Assembly: GCA_963697895.1 (NCBI GenBank)
Contig: OY969100.1
Coordinates: 448,001 to 512,000, forward strand
Direction: 5' to 3'
Length of the DNA: 64,000 bases
Origin: an uncultured Methanomicrobiales archaeon
GTDB taxonomy: Archaea; Halobacteriota; Methanomicrobia; Methanomicrobiales; Methanospirillaceae
In this document: positions 44,022 through 57,723 of the stretch, one piece after another
Position numbering within the stretch: position 1 is the first letter of the stretch
How the letters are laid out: every line of letters begins with the position of its first letter
The notes under the pieces: model-generated
The model's database searches: none
Seen by the model: the letters and a program-made list of their open reading frames with translations, nothing else
What the model was told of the DNA's origin: nothing
Translations under genes and position numbers: made by a program

Positions 44022-45141
44022 GGGAGTCAGTTATGCAGTTGGGACGATGTGCGGGTCGGGTAAAGGGGATCGAGATTTCGGGCATACGAAAACTCTTTGA
44101 GTCGGCCGGCCCAGGATCGATCAATCTCGGGCTTGGGCAACCTGACTTTGATACGCCGGAGCATATTAAGAATGCCGCGATACGGGCGATCGCGGAAGGG
44201 AGAACCGGATATACGAGCAACCTCGGGATACCCGAACTCAGAACGGCAATCTGCGAGAAATTCGAACGTGAGAACGGTCTGTCCTATAATCCGGATCAGG
44301 TGATTGTGACCGCTGGTGCAAGCGAGGCATTACATATCATCATGCATGCGCTGTGTGACGAGGGCGATCGGGTGCTCTTTGCTGACCCTGGTTTTGTATC
44401 CTATGCAGCCCTCGCCACCCTTGCCGGCGGCTGTCCCGAGGGCGTGCGGCTCGATAAAAGCTTCATATCGATCTTAATGCTGCACAGGAACAGTTGGATG
44501 GGGCACGGATCTTCGTCCTTAATTCCCCGGGAAATCCAACCGGCGCAGTGGAGACGCGGGATTCGATCCGGAGTCTCGTTGAGTATGCAACCGATGCCGG
44601 TGTCACGGTGGTCAGCGATGAAGTCTATGAGCACTTCGTCTACGGGGTACAACACGCGAGTGCCGCGCTCTTCGGGGATGATGTGATCACGGTAAATGCC
44701 TGCAGCAAGACGTACGCAATGACCGGATGGCGGCTTGGATATCTTGCCGGTCCGAAGGAGTATGTGGAAGAGTGCCTGAAGGTGCACCAGTATGCGCAGG
44801 CGTGTGCTGGTTCCATATCCCAGTATGCAGCGGTCGCCGCATATACCGGGGATCAGACACCTGTCGAGGAGATGCGGAGGGAGTATGAAGTGCGGCGGAA
44901 TTACCTCTTCACTGAACTCAGAGAACTCGGGTTTGTCTTTCCGCTTCCTGAGGGGGCATTTTACCTGTTTGTCCCGATGAAACCTGAGTTAATCGACAGG
45001 ATTCTCCGGCAGGGTGTTGTCATTGTCCCTGGTAGCGCTTTCGGGGTGAATGCGCCGGAATATGCCCGCATGAGTTATGCTACATCGCGTGAGAACCTGA
45101 GCCGTGCTGTCGAGCGTATAACAGATGCAATACGTGAGTGA
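44018..45141 (+). CDS. aspC: Aspartate/aromatic aminotransferase class I (apparent deletion in the A run ~44456)
   Basis: NLGLGQPDF, YTSN.G.PELR, NSPGNPTG, SDEVYE, SKTYAMTGWRLGY. Confidence 0.88.
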
Positions 45142-45145
45142 TTCT

Positions 45146-46183
45146 ATGGAAAAAGATCTCCTGAAGAAACTATCCAATGCCCACGGAATTTCGGGCAGTG
45201 AAGGAAATGTATTCGATATTGTCCGAAAAGAGCTGAAGAACTGCGTGGATGAGATCCATGAGGATGCGATGGGCAATCTGATCGCGGTAAAGCGCGGCAA
45301 TAAGTTTAAGATCATGCTTGCTGCCCATATGGACGAGATCGGCCTCATGGTGAAGTTCATTGATGAAAAAGGATTCATCCGTTTCATCACGATTGGAGGA
45401 TGGTATCCCCCGACCCTGTATAACCAGCGGGTTATCCTTCATGGTACACGGGGAAAAGTTCCCGGTGTGATCGGGGGGAAACCTCCACATAAAATGGACG
45501 AGGAGGAGCGGAAGAAAGGGATCAAGACAGATGACCTGTTTATTGATGTTGGTGCGACCAGTGCGGAAGATGTATCGGGGCTTGGGATCGAGATCGGCTC
45601 CCCGATCACCATCGACCGCGAGCTTATGGAACTTGCAAACGGGCGTCTGACCGGGAAAGCGTTTGATAACCGGGCCGGTGTTGTTCTCCTAATAAGAACC
45701 CTGCAGGAGGTTAAATCTCCGTTTACGATCCTTGGCGTTTTTACCGTTCAGGAAGAGGTCGGTCTGAAAGGCGCAAAGACCAGCGCATTTTCCCTGTCTC
45801 CGGACTGCGCAATTGCAATTGATGTGACCATCCCCGGAGACCATCCCGGAATAGAAAAGAAAGATGCTGCACTGGAAATGGGAAAAGGGCCGTCTATCAC
45901 CATTGCTGATGCATCCGGGCGGGGTCTCATTGCACATCCCGCGATGATCCGCTGGCTGAAGGATGCGGCCGCGGTTAGTGATATTCACGTGCAGATGGAG
46001 GTCGGGAGTGGAGGAACGACCGATGGGACCGCGATTCACCTGGAAAGGGGAGGCATCCCCACGACCACCCTGAGCGTACCGGCGCGGTACATCCATTCCC
46101 CCGTCGAGGTGCTGGATACCGCAGATCTTGAAGCCGGCGTACGTCTTCTTGTGGAAGCCCTGAAGACGAAACCAAAATTATAA
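45146..46183 (+). CDS. M42 family aminopeptidase (TET-like)
   Basis: AAHMDEIG, KAFDNR, QEEVGL.GA, GTTDG, RYIHSP. Confidence 0.93.
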   Translation: MEKDLLKKLSNAHGISGSEGNVFDIVRKELKNCVDEIHEDAMGNLIAVKRGNKFKIMLAAHMDEIGLMVKFIDEKGFIRFITIGGWYPPTLYNQRVILHGTRGKVPGVIGGKPPHKMDEEERKKGIKTDDLFIDVGATSAEDVSGLGIEIGSPITIDRELMELANGRLTGKAFDNRAGVVLLIRTLQEVKSPFTILGVFTVQEEVGLKGAKTSAFSLSPDCAIAIDVTIPGDHPGIEKKDAALEMGKGPSITIADASGRGLIAHPAMIRWLKDAAAVSDIHVQMEVGSGGTTDGTAIHLERGGIPTTTLSVPARYIHSPVEVLDTADLEAGVRLLVEALKTKPKL

Positions 46184-46593
46184 TAAAAAATTCGCATCAT
46201 TATTTTCTGCCCGCATTCCTCATCAGTTCTCAGTTTTTTTATATTGCTGCCATATAACCCATCATGTTTATCCAAAAACGGATGATTTCGATCACCAGAT
46301 ATTTATATAAAAATGATAATTCCGATTATTTCCTCGGGGTTCCCGTTCACTCGATAAGGAAAATTAAATCAAAGGTTGATTCGCGCAGGGAATATGAGAT
46401 GCTGAAATCATATTAAGCGTAAGTTAAGCTATTTATTGATCCCAAAATCGACACGCAAATGGAGCCTTGTCTTAGCCTTACCAACGGATATCAGTACAAT
46501 TATCATATACGACAATTATATCAGAAAATTCTGCTGCTTCACTGGAGGTGATGGAATCCGGAAATCTTACATGATGGATGAGGATATCCAAAT

Positions 46594-46820
46594 TTAACTA
46601 CGATGCCCCACTTCACTGATTAACTTATCCTGTAACAATGGTATTCGCCAAGAGGAGACTCCTGTTTTCCGATTTTTTACCTGTCTGCCCTTGTCTGACA
46701 ATATACAGGGCATATGAATTGACATTAAAACCGCGCCAGATTTGGGTCGGAGGAGTTTCCGAGAGCGACTATATCGGTTCGAAACCAGCTCACTCTGTTT
46801 GTAGGGGTACATCTGGTTAA
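46594..46820 (+). ncRNA. Candidate structured non-coding RNA (no known family recognised)
   Basis: Nested long-range helices with six G-U pairs that work only on the + strand; no credible ORF. Confidence 0.45.
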
Positions 46821-46990
46821 GCTATTATTTACTATGAATAAAGTCAATGAAAAATACTCTATTCTGTCTTCAGGTCACCTCCAACTTCGCATGCCAGATA
46901 AGGAAGTGAAAGAACTGGTGAAGTAAAATTTTACCCGCGTGACTGTCTCTATATATCATTTTAATCGTGGATTGGGACCATTTTTGAGGA

Positions 46991-47003
46991 CAAAGTTTAT
47001 ATA
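46991..47003 (+). promoter_or_regulatory. BRE/TATA (CAAAG TTTATATA) upstream of the PKD surface protein gene
   Basis: Consensus TATA ~110 nt before ATG; GAGGTG SD at 47104-47109; leader hairpin AGGGTG/CACCCT. Confidence 0.55.
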
Positions 47004-47113
47004 TCTTAAGGGAGAGCATATTCTGAATATATTTATAGGAGAAATCAGGGTGCGTATCACCCTTCGTTTCGCCAAATGAGGTTGATCTTAACATATCACA
47101 ATAGAGGTGTCGT

Positions 47114-50100
47114 ATGAAACAAGTGTTTGGAGCCAGAATTGCCCTTATATTGGCAATCTGCATGCTTATCGTGCTGCCTGTCACGGCAGCGCCGAATTAC
47201 GTAGAGGTGAACAAAGCGTGGGATCCGATCCTTAATGGTTCAACCATCTACGATAGTATCGTAAAGGGACAGAACGGTTTTGCCACGATCCAGGAAGGTA
47301 TTAACGCCGTGGATCCGGGTGGAGAGGTTTTCGTCTATGCGGGGACGTATAACGAAGATGTCATCGTGAACAAATCGCTATCGCTCTTCGGCGAAGAAAA
47401 CGCGGTGGATCCGACCGTTCCGGGTTGGAATGGAAATACGATCATCGTCGCATCATCGTCAGGCGGTTTCCTGAACGCCGGCTACTCTCCTTATATCATT
47501 GCGAGTGATGTTACATTCTCCGGTTTCAAAGTAACCGGCGCTGCACCCGCATTATACATCGGCGGAGACGGGGTTACCCTGGATAACATCAAAGTACAGA
47601 ACTGTGAACTGACCGGAAGGACAGAGGCTGGAATCCTCGTATCCAACCGAAGTGACTCACAGATCACGAATATCCAGGTGGATCAGATCTGGTCCCATGA
47701 CAACCCGACCGGGAATGGGGTCATGTTATATAACATAAACGGTGTTGTGGTCTCCAATTCTCTCATCCAGAAGAATGGTTTGTCAACCGGTACAGCGGAG
47801 AAGCAGTTCGGCATCTGGGTAACCGGAAATACGGGCGGTATTGAGATCGGAAATACGATCACGGGAAATACCTTCACCGGGAACCAGGGCGGATCCATCC
47901 TTATCTCACCCAATATCGGCCAGACGGTCGGGGCAATGGCAATCCACCAGAACAAATTCCTCGATTCCGGGCCAGGAGTGAAGAACGACGGGTTTCCTGC
48001 CTTCATCGACAGCACTGAGAACTGGTGGGATGCGGTCTGTGTCCCCAATGTGGCCTTGAAAACGCTCGGCCTTGTCGATTATGATCCCTGGTACCTTGAT
48101 TCCGATATGACCACCTTGTCCGATTCACCGGGTGCCAGACCCACCGCGCAGTTCGCAGCGACTCCCAAACAGGGTTCTCTACCCCTCGAGGTCAGTTTTA
48201 CCGACGCATCGACGAGCTTTGCCCCCATTAATACCTGGAACTGGAGTTTCGGAGATGATTCCTACCAGAATTTCACGGGATCCGCACCGGTGATGGTAAA
48301 TCATACGTATACTACCCCAGGGGTCTATACCGTAAAATTGACTGTTCTTAACTGTCTGAATAACCCCAATAACAAAGATAGTGTCACTAAAAAGGACCTC
48401 ATTAAGGCCGGGGTGGAACCGACTGCCAAATTCTCGGCCACTCCGAATTCCGGAGACGCTCCACTCTTCGTTACGTTTACCGACGAGTCGACCACGCCGG
48501 CCGGCAATATCACCTCATGGAATTGGGATTTCGGTGATGGTAACTTCAGCACATCCCAGAATGTGACACATACCTATTCTGTATCAGGAACATTTGAGTC
48601 CAGGTTGACCGTACAGAATAGTTTCAACCAGACCGACAGCAAAAAGAAAAATATTACGGTCTCGATCCCCTTACCCATCGCAAACTTCTCTGCTGATATG
48701 CAATCGGGTTCAGCACCCTTGCCGGTAAACTTCATAGATCTCTCGACGAGCTATGCCCCGTATCCGATCAACTCCTGGAACTGGAACTTCGGTGACGGCG
48801 GTTCAAACAACATGCAAAACCCCTCGTACGTCTACCTGACACCCGGTACCTACCCGGTCTCGCTCACGGTAACGAATGCGGGCGGGAGCAATTCCACAAT
48901 AAAGAACGGATATATCACGGTGTATCCCGTTGTTGATCCTGACTTTACCAGTAATGTGACTTCCGGCGCTTCGCCCCTCTCTGTACAGTTCAACGATACA
49001 TCGACCGGAAATCCCACTATCTGGCAGTGGGACTTCGGCGATGGAGACACCTCAAATCTCCAGAACCCCACGCATGTCTATCTGGCGGAGGGCTCTTACG
49101 ACGTAACTCTCCGTGCCGGGAACCCGGGCGGAAGCAACCAGATCATAAAGAACGGGTATATCTCCGTGATTGTCGGGCCGGTCGCGAACTTCAAGAGAAG
49201 CCCGACCGTTGGCGGGCTTCCGCTCCTGGTGAACTTCACAGACAATTCAACCGGGGACCCGACATCCTGGCATTGGGATTTCGGCGACGGGAACACATCG
49301 AACCAGGAGAACGCATCGCACACATACAACGCACTCGGTAATTTCAGTGTGACGCTCCAGGTGTCCAATGCGGCCGGCTCCAATGAGACGACAAAAGTGA
49401 TCAGGGTCATCCCGGCGCCTGTTGCAGACTTTACGGGTACCCCGGTACTCGGCACGGTGCCTCTTGAAGTCCAGTTCAATGATACATCCGATGTCAGTGA
49501 TCCAACGTTCTGGCAGTGGGACTTCGGTGACGGTCAGATAGCCGGCGGTGGAAGTCTGTTACCGGTTAATTACAACCCGCTCCACACATACAACGCACCG
49601 GGGACGTATACCGTGAGTCTCCTGATAACGAATCCCGCGGGACAGGACATGATCACGAAGACAAGCTACATCACAGTAGTGACCACTCCTGTCGCGAGCT
49701 TTTCGACCGATCCTGACCCTGCGGAAGGCAATGCGCCGCTGGTGGTCAGATTTACGGATACTTCATCCGGCACGCCGAGACTCGTAACCTGGAACTTTGG
49801 AGATGGCAGTCTTCCATCGAATGATAAGAATCCTCTCCACGTGTATACCCGTGCAGGTGTCTACAACGTTACGCTAACCGCCCAGAACATGGCCGGATAC
49901 AATTCCACCACAAAGCAGGTCAAGGTCAAGGTTCTCCCGGTCGCCAGTTTCGGTGCAAACCAGACAACCGGAATCGCACCGCTTAACGTCCAGTTCACGG
50001 ATACCTCTACCGGGGTGCCAACCAGCTGGGAGTGGAACTTCGGTGATGGCAATACGTCCACCCTGAAGCATCCCCAACATGAATATACAACCCCGGGCAG

Positions 50101-50698
50101 CTACACGGTTCGACTGAACGTGTCTAATGATGCGGGTTCGGACGAGGTCACCAGGGCCAATTTCATCACGGTGAAGACGCCCCTCCGCGCATCATTCAGC
50201 TTCACAACGAGCAACCCGGATAACACCTCTCCCCTGATGGTCTCCTTCATGGACACCTCACCGGATCACCCGACCACCTGGGAGTGGAGCTTCGGTGACG
50301 GGTCCACTTCATCCCTGGCGAACCCGGTCCATGTCTACCTGAATCCGGGGAACTACACCGTTATCCAGAAAGTGACAAACTACATCGAATATGGCATGAC
50401 ATCCCAGGTTATCGCGGTTAACGAACCGCTGATAGCGGATTTCAAGGCCGAACCGGTCACCGGGTCCATACCCCTGACGGTGGCCTTCAAGGACACGTCA
50501 ACCGGAAGCAATATCACCCAGTGGGACTGGACGTTCGGAGACCTCCAGGAGTTCAGCACCACGAATCCGGCTGAAAAGAACCCGGTGCATACCTATCATG
50601 TGATCGGCCCGAAGACCGTGAGCCTGACCGTGCACCGGGGATCGGCAATGAATTCTACGGTGAAGACGAGCCTGATTCAGGTTCTTCCCTTCCCATAA
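47114..50698 (+). CDS. Secreted surface protein: parallel beta-helix domain plus 10 PKD repeats
   Basis: Signal peptide; TIQEGIN....G....V.AGTY.E (beta-helix cap), NWW...YDPW; ten WxFGD motifs. Confidence 0.9.
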   Translation: MKQVFGARIALILAICMLIVLPVTAAPNYVEVNKAWDPILNGSTIYDSIVKGQNGFATIQEGINAVDPGGEVFVYAGTYNEDVIVNKSLSLFGEENAVDPTVPGWNGNTIIVASSSGGFLNAGYSPYIIASDVTFSGFKVTGAAPALYIGGDGVTLDNIKVQNCELTGRTEAGILVSNRSDSQITNIQVDQIWSHDNPTGNGVMLYNINGVVVSNSLIQKNGLSTGTAEKQFGIWVTGNTGGIEIGNTITGNTFTGNQGGSILISPNIGQTVGAMAIHQNKFLDSGPGVKNDGFPAFIDSTENWWDAVCVPNVALKTLGLVDYDPWYLDSDMTTLSDSPGARPTAQFAATPKQGSLPLEVSFTDASTSFAPINTWNWSFGDDSYQNFTGSAPVMVNHTYTTPGVYTVKLTVLNCLNNPNNKDSVTKKDLIKAGVEPTAKFSATPNSGDAPLFVTFTDESTTPAGNITSWNWDFGDGNFSTSQNVTHTYSVSGTFESRLTVQNSFNQTDSKKKNITVSIPLPIANFSADMQSGSAPLPVNFIDLSTSYAPYPINSWNWNFGDGGSNNMQNPSYVYLTPGTYPVSLTVTNAGGSNSTIKNGYITVYPVVDPDFTSNVTSGASPLSVQFNDTSTGNPTIWQWDFGDGDTSNLQNPTHVYLAEGSYDVTLRAGNPGGSNQIIKNGYISVIVGPVANFKRSPTVGGLPLLVNFTDNSTGDPTSWHWDFGDGNTSNQENASHTYNALGNFSVTLQVSNAAGSNETTKVIRVIPAPVADFTGTPVLGTVPLEVQFNDTSDVSDPTFWQWDFGDGQIAGGGSLLPVNYNPLHTYNAPGTYTVSLLITNPAGQDMITKTSYITVVTTPVASFSTDPDPAEGNAPLVVRFTDTSSGTPRLVTWNFGDGSLPSNDKNPLHVYTRAGVYNVTLTAQNMAGYNSTTKQVKVKVLPVASFGANQTTGIAPLNVQFTDTSTGVPTSWEWNFGDGNTSTLKHPQHEYTTPGSYTVRLNVSNDAGSDEVTRANFITVKTPLRASFSFTTSNPDNTSPLMVSFMDTSPDHPTTWEWSFGDGSTSSLANPVHVYLNPGNYTVIQKVTNYIEYGMTSQVIAVNEPLIADFKAEPVTGSIPLTVAFKDTSTGSNITQWDWTFGDLQEFSTTNPAEKNPVHTYHVIGPKTVSLTVHRGSAMNSTVKTSLIQVLPFP

Positions 50699-51011
50699 CA
50701 TATCTTTTTTCCCCTGCCCTGAAGCGGGTCATTTTTGTATATAGAATTGTTTCCCGGTATGGGCCAGCTGAACAACCGATGTGATCATCCGTTAACCCCT
50801 CTTTCAGTGCCTTCCCTTATCAGAAAAAATGTTATCAAACTGGCAATCCCGAACGGTACGCCATCACCCGGCTCTGTATTGAAAATTGGGTTTGCGTTTT
50901 ATGTTTTTTCCCATCAAACTGATTAAAGTGCAAGATTTCCGAAATGGTCTGACTGGTTATCCTGAAAAATGAGCTGCAGGCAAGGGAAGGAGAACGGGAA
51001 TCTCTTTTCAC

Positions 51012-52963
<1,952 letters not shown>

Positions 52964-53066
52964 ATGATCACTTTTTTTCCGGGGATCGGATCGCAGAAGA
53001 CTGCTGATGGGGTCGCGTATCCACCCGCCATAGAGGATATCGCTGTCCGGAGGACCAGGCTCTGGT

Positions 53067-54620
53067 TCATGCGACCACCCGCTTCTTCCGGAGCAGGCGG
53101 TGATATGTGACTGCGAACCGGTGAGCTTCATCCCGGATCTCCTGAAGGAACAGAGATGCCTTCTCCTTCTTCCCCAATGGCAGTGGATGAGCGTGCCCCT
53201 GCATGTAGACCTGCTCCTCCCGCTTGGCAAGGGCGATCACCGGTATCCGGATCTCTTCCGCCCGGAGCGCGGCTGCAGCCGCATTTAGTTGTCCCCGACC
53301 GCCATCGATAACGATCAGGTCCGGGAAATCAGATCCCTCCTTCTTCAGCCGGGCATACCGTCTCCGGACCACCTCCCGTGATCGCACTCACGTCATCGAC
53401 ACCCTGAACGGTCTTGATCCTGAACCGCCGGTAGTTACGTTTGTCCGGCTTTTCCGTTCCGGAACTGAACCATCGACCCGACGACCGAGGTGCCGCCGAG
53501 ATGAGAGATATCAAAGCACTCGATCACGACCGGGAGATCGCCGAGCCCGAGTTCGTCACGGAGATCTTCAAGCTCGAGCTGGTCGCCGAAGAAGACGAGT
53601 TCTATATTCTTTGCGACGAGGTCCAGAAGCCTTTTCTTGGCCCCGATCTTCGGGACGGTGATCGTGACCTTCCGTCCCTTCCGTGCCGGAGAGGTACTCA
53701 CGCAGGGAATCACTCACCTGCTCGGGCAGGACGAGTTCGAGCGGCGGCTCTTCTTCTGCATAATACTGGAGGAGGAACTCCTCCAGGAACTCCTCGCCCG
53801 CCTCAAAGACAAACTCCTTCTTCGTGCCGAGCGTGCCCTTATATACGGCGAAGAGCATCAGATACACAGCTTCACCTGAATGGTAGTAGTTGATGATGTC
53901 CTCGTCGGTCTCGGGACGCCGGGCGATATCCTGGCGGTATCCAAGTCGTTCTATTGCCTGAATCTGGTCCCGGAGAAGCATCGCCTGTTCGAACTCTTCC
54001 TCTCGGGACTTCTCTTCCATCTCCTGCTTCAACGCCCGGACGAGTTCGTTGTCCTTCCCCTTCAGGAGGAGCGAAGCCTTCTTCACCAGTTCTTCGTACT
54101 CCTCCGCACTGACCAGGCCTTTGCAGGGAGCACTGCAGGATTGAATATGGTGTCGCAGGCAGGCACGTCGGGTGAGTTTTTTGCAGGTCCGAAGCCGGAA
54201 CGTCTTCTTCACCATCGAGAAGACATGATCCCGTGCCGCGGCTGAGACGAAAGGGCCGAAAAACTTCCCTTCCCCCTCGGCTCTCCGGGCGATCCGTATA
54301 CAGGGGAAGGGCTCGTCGGTGATCTGGATATACGCAAACTGTTTTGCGTCTTTTAAGTCGATGTTATAGTGGGGCTGGTGTCGCTTGATCAGGCTGTTCT
54401 CGAGGATCAGTGCCTCGACCTCGTTCCCGGTCACGATATAATCGACCGTTGCGATATGACTGACCATCCGGGTCGTCTTCTGGTCCAGGTCCTTCTTCTG
54501 GAAGTAACTGGCGACCCGTTTTTGCAGGTTCTTTGCCTTGCCGATATAGATTACCGATCCCTGATCGTCGGAGAAAAGATAGCAGCCGGGTGCAGACGGA
54601 AGCCTGGTCTGCTGGATCAT
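53067..54620 (-). CDS. uvrC: Excinuclease ABC subunit C (three apparent insertions, ~53686, ~53452, ~53379)
   Basis: GIY-YIG PGCY...[40 protein letters not shown]. Confidence 0.92.
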
Positions 54621-57426
54621 GATTTTGCCAGCGTCCTCCGGAGAAACTCGCCGGTATAGCTCCCGGGGTGGAATGCCACTTCTTCCGGAGTACCCGTCGC
54701 GACAACATAGCCGCCCTGGTCGCCACCTTCCGGGCCAAGGTCAATGATGTGGTCTGCCGATTTGATCACGTCCAGGTTGTGCTCGATCACGACGACCGTG
54801 TTGCCTTTGTTGACCAGTTCATTCAACACCGCAATCAGCTTCTTGACATCATGAAAATGGAGGCCGGTGGTAGGCTCGTCGAGGAGGTAGATCGTCTTCC
54901 CGGTCCCTCGTTTTGACAGCTCCCGGGTCAGCTTGATCCGCTGTGCTTCGCCACCGGAGAGGGTAGTCGAACTCTGACCAAGCTTGATATAATCCAGGCC
55001 GACAGCGGAAAGCGTCTCAAGTTTGGTCCGGATGGCCGGGATATGGGCGAAGAGATCCAGTCGCCTCTTCCACACTCATATCCAGGACATCCGCGATGGA
55101 CCTGCCCTTATACTTCACCTCGAGGGTCTCCCGGTTGTAGCGCTTTCCCTTGCACTCCTCGCACTCTACATAGACATCGGGCAGGAAGTTCATCTCGATC
55201 TTGATCAGGCCGTCTCCTTCGCAGGCCTCGCAGCGGCCTCCTTTCAGGTTAAACGAGAACCTGCCCTGGTTTGTAGCCACGAGTCTTCGCCTCCTTTGAT
55301 TCGGCAAAGATCTTCCGGATCTCGTCAAAGACCTTGGTATATGTAGCCGGGTTGCTCCGCGGGGTCTTCCCGATCGGGCTCTGGTCGATCACGATTACCT
55401 TGTCTATCTCTTCGTCGAACGTAAGATTAGTGTATTTCCCAGGCTGGACCCGGGTATTGTACAATTTCTTCTGGAGCGCCCGATACAAGGTTTCGTAGAC
55501 CAGCGTAGACTTCCCGCTCCCCGAGACCCCGGAAATCACCGAGAGGACCCCTATCGGAATTGCGACATCGATCCCCTTTAAGTTGTTCTCGGTGCAGCCT
55601 TCTATCCGGATGAAGCTACCGTTCCTTCGTCTCGCTTCCGGGAGAGGGATAGTCAGGGTCCGGGCGAGATACTGGCCGGTGAGGGAGTCCTTGTTCCGCT
55701 CGATCTGGAGCGGGGTGCCTTTTGCAACGACGTTCCCACCATGGAGGCCTGCCCCTGGTCCCATGTCCACCACATAATCCGCACTCCGGATCGTGTCCTC
55801 GTCATGTTCCACGACGACAAGGGTGTTCCCCAGATCACGGAGACGGCGAAGCGTGTCGATCAGTTTCTGGTTGTCCTTCTGGTGAAGCCCGATCGAGGGT
55901 TCATCCAGCACATAGAGGACTCCCATCAGGTTAGAGCCGATCTGTGTCGCCAGTCGGATCCGTTGGGCCTCGCCGCCGGAGAGGGTGCCGGCACTCCGGG
56001 AGAGGGTGAGATATCCGAGCCCGACTTTACCGAGGAAGTCGAGCCGGTCATGGATCTCCTTTAATACCTGCCTTGCGATCTCCTGCTGCTTTTCGGTGAG
56101 CGTGAGACCGGAGAAGAACTCGATGCAGCGGGTGACGGGCAGGTCGGTGATGTCGATAATTGATCTGTCCCCGATCTTTACGGCAAGCACTTTATCTTTC
56201 AGCCGTTTCCCATGGCACTTCGGGCAGTCCGATATCCGCATAAACTTCTCGAGCTCGCGTTTCCGGTATTCGGACTGAGTCTGGTGATAGAGGCGGGACG
56301 CCTGCGGCAGGAGCCCTTCCCAGGTCCCGGTATGGGCCCAATGGGCATCCCCGTTCTTCATGCTCATCGAGAACTTGATCCGTTCATCGGAACCGAACAT
56401 CAGGGCATCGTACTGCTTTTTGTTCAGATCTTTGACCGGGGTGAAAATGGAGAACCCGAAGTGCCTGGCAACGGCGCCGAGGTATTGGCTCCGGTACCCG
56501 TCCAGGAAGTTCCGGTACAGGGCGACCGCCCCGTCGGCGATCGACTTGTCCTGGTCGGGAATGATCAGTTCCGGGTCGAACTCCATCCGTATTCCGAGCC
56601 CGTTACACTCCTCGCATGCCCCGAACGGGCTATTGAACGAGAACATCCGGGGCTGGAGTTCCTCGAAGGTGATCCCGCAGAGCGGGCAGGCCATGGTCGA
56701 GGAGAATATCTCCTCGCGTCCATCCCCGACGAGGGCGATGATCAGGCCGCTGGACTTCTTCAGGGCGTCCTCGCAGGCCTCTACCAGCCGCGACCGGTCG
56801 GTCGTCTCGAGGCGGTCGATGACAACATCGATATCATGCTTTTTATACCGCTCGAGGGGGACGTCCTCGTCGGTCCGGCGGATCTCCCCATTGACCCGTA
56901 CCCGTGCATATCCCTCCTTGTTCAGGTCTTTTAAGAACTTCTGGTACGTCCCCTTTTTCTGACGGATGACCGGTGCAAGAATGGTGACCCGACCCGACAT
57001 CTCTTCGGTGATCCGGTCGGCGATACGTTCAGGGGACTGCGCCTCGATCCGGATATGGTGGACCGGACAGAACGGGATCCCGATCCGGGCAAAAAGGAGC
57101 CGGAGATAGTCATAGATCTCGGTCACGGTTCCGACGGTACTGCGAGGGTTCTTGCTCGTCGTCTTCTGTTCGATGGAGATTGCGGGGGAGAGCCCTTCGA
57201 TCGCGTCCACATCGGGTTTATGCATGAGACCGAGGAACTGTCGCGCATAGGCTGAAAGTGATTCGACATATCGGCGCTGCCCCTCCGCATATATGGTATC
57301 GAAGGCCAGTGTCGACTTGCCGGAGCCGGAAAGGCCGGTGATGACGATGAATTTGTCGCGAGGAAGCTCCACGGTAATATTTTTCAGGTTATGCTGACGG
57401 GCACCCCGGATGATGATTTTCTTCAT
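54617..57426 (-). CDS. uvrA: Excinuclease ABC subunit A (two apparent insertions, ~55265 and ~55061)
   Basis: [26 protein letters not shown] twice, DEPTTGLH, zinc fingers. Confidence 0.95.
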
Positions 57427-57723
57427 CTGCTGCCTGATCAGTTCTGACAGATTACCTTATAGAGACACCTTTTGAGGTAAGCACACGCGAAATCACGAGG
57501 TATCCGGATAATTCGGACGATTACCAGATGAACTTCACCTTAATAGAGATGATTGCATCCATTCAACCCGTAAATGGCCCCGGGATTAATGTAAGTTCGA
57601 TCCGCGGGATTCCTTAAGGGGAAGACTTTACCCTTGGAAGATGTATTGATATGGATAACAAGGCACAATGATGACCAATAGCAGGAAAATCCGGAGCCGC
57701 GGCTCCGGGAAGGAAGGGATGTG

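Noticed and set aside
46649-46663. RNase P RNA (GAGGAGACTCC resembles the conserved GAGGAA..UCC)
   Set aside because: The complementary conserved 3' motif is missing, and the element is too AT-rich and short
48140-50690. CRISPR array or DGR-like repeats
   Set aside because: The recurring TGG.ACTTCGG.GA.GG units are degenerate PKD coding repeats within one ORF; no spacers, cas genes or reverse transcriptase
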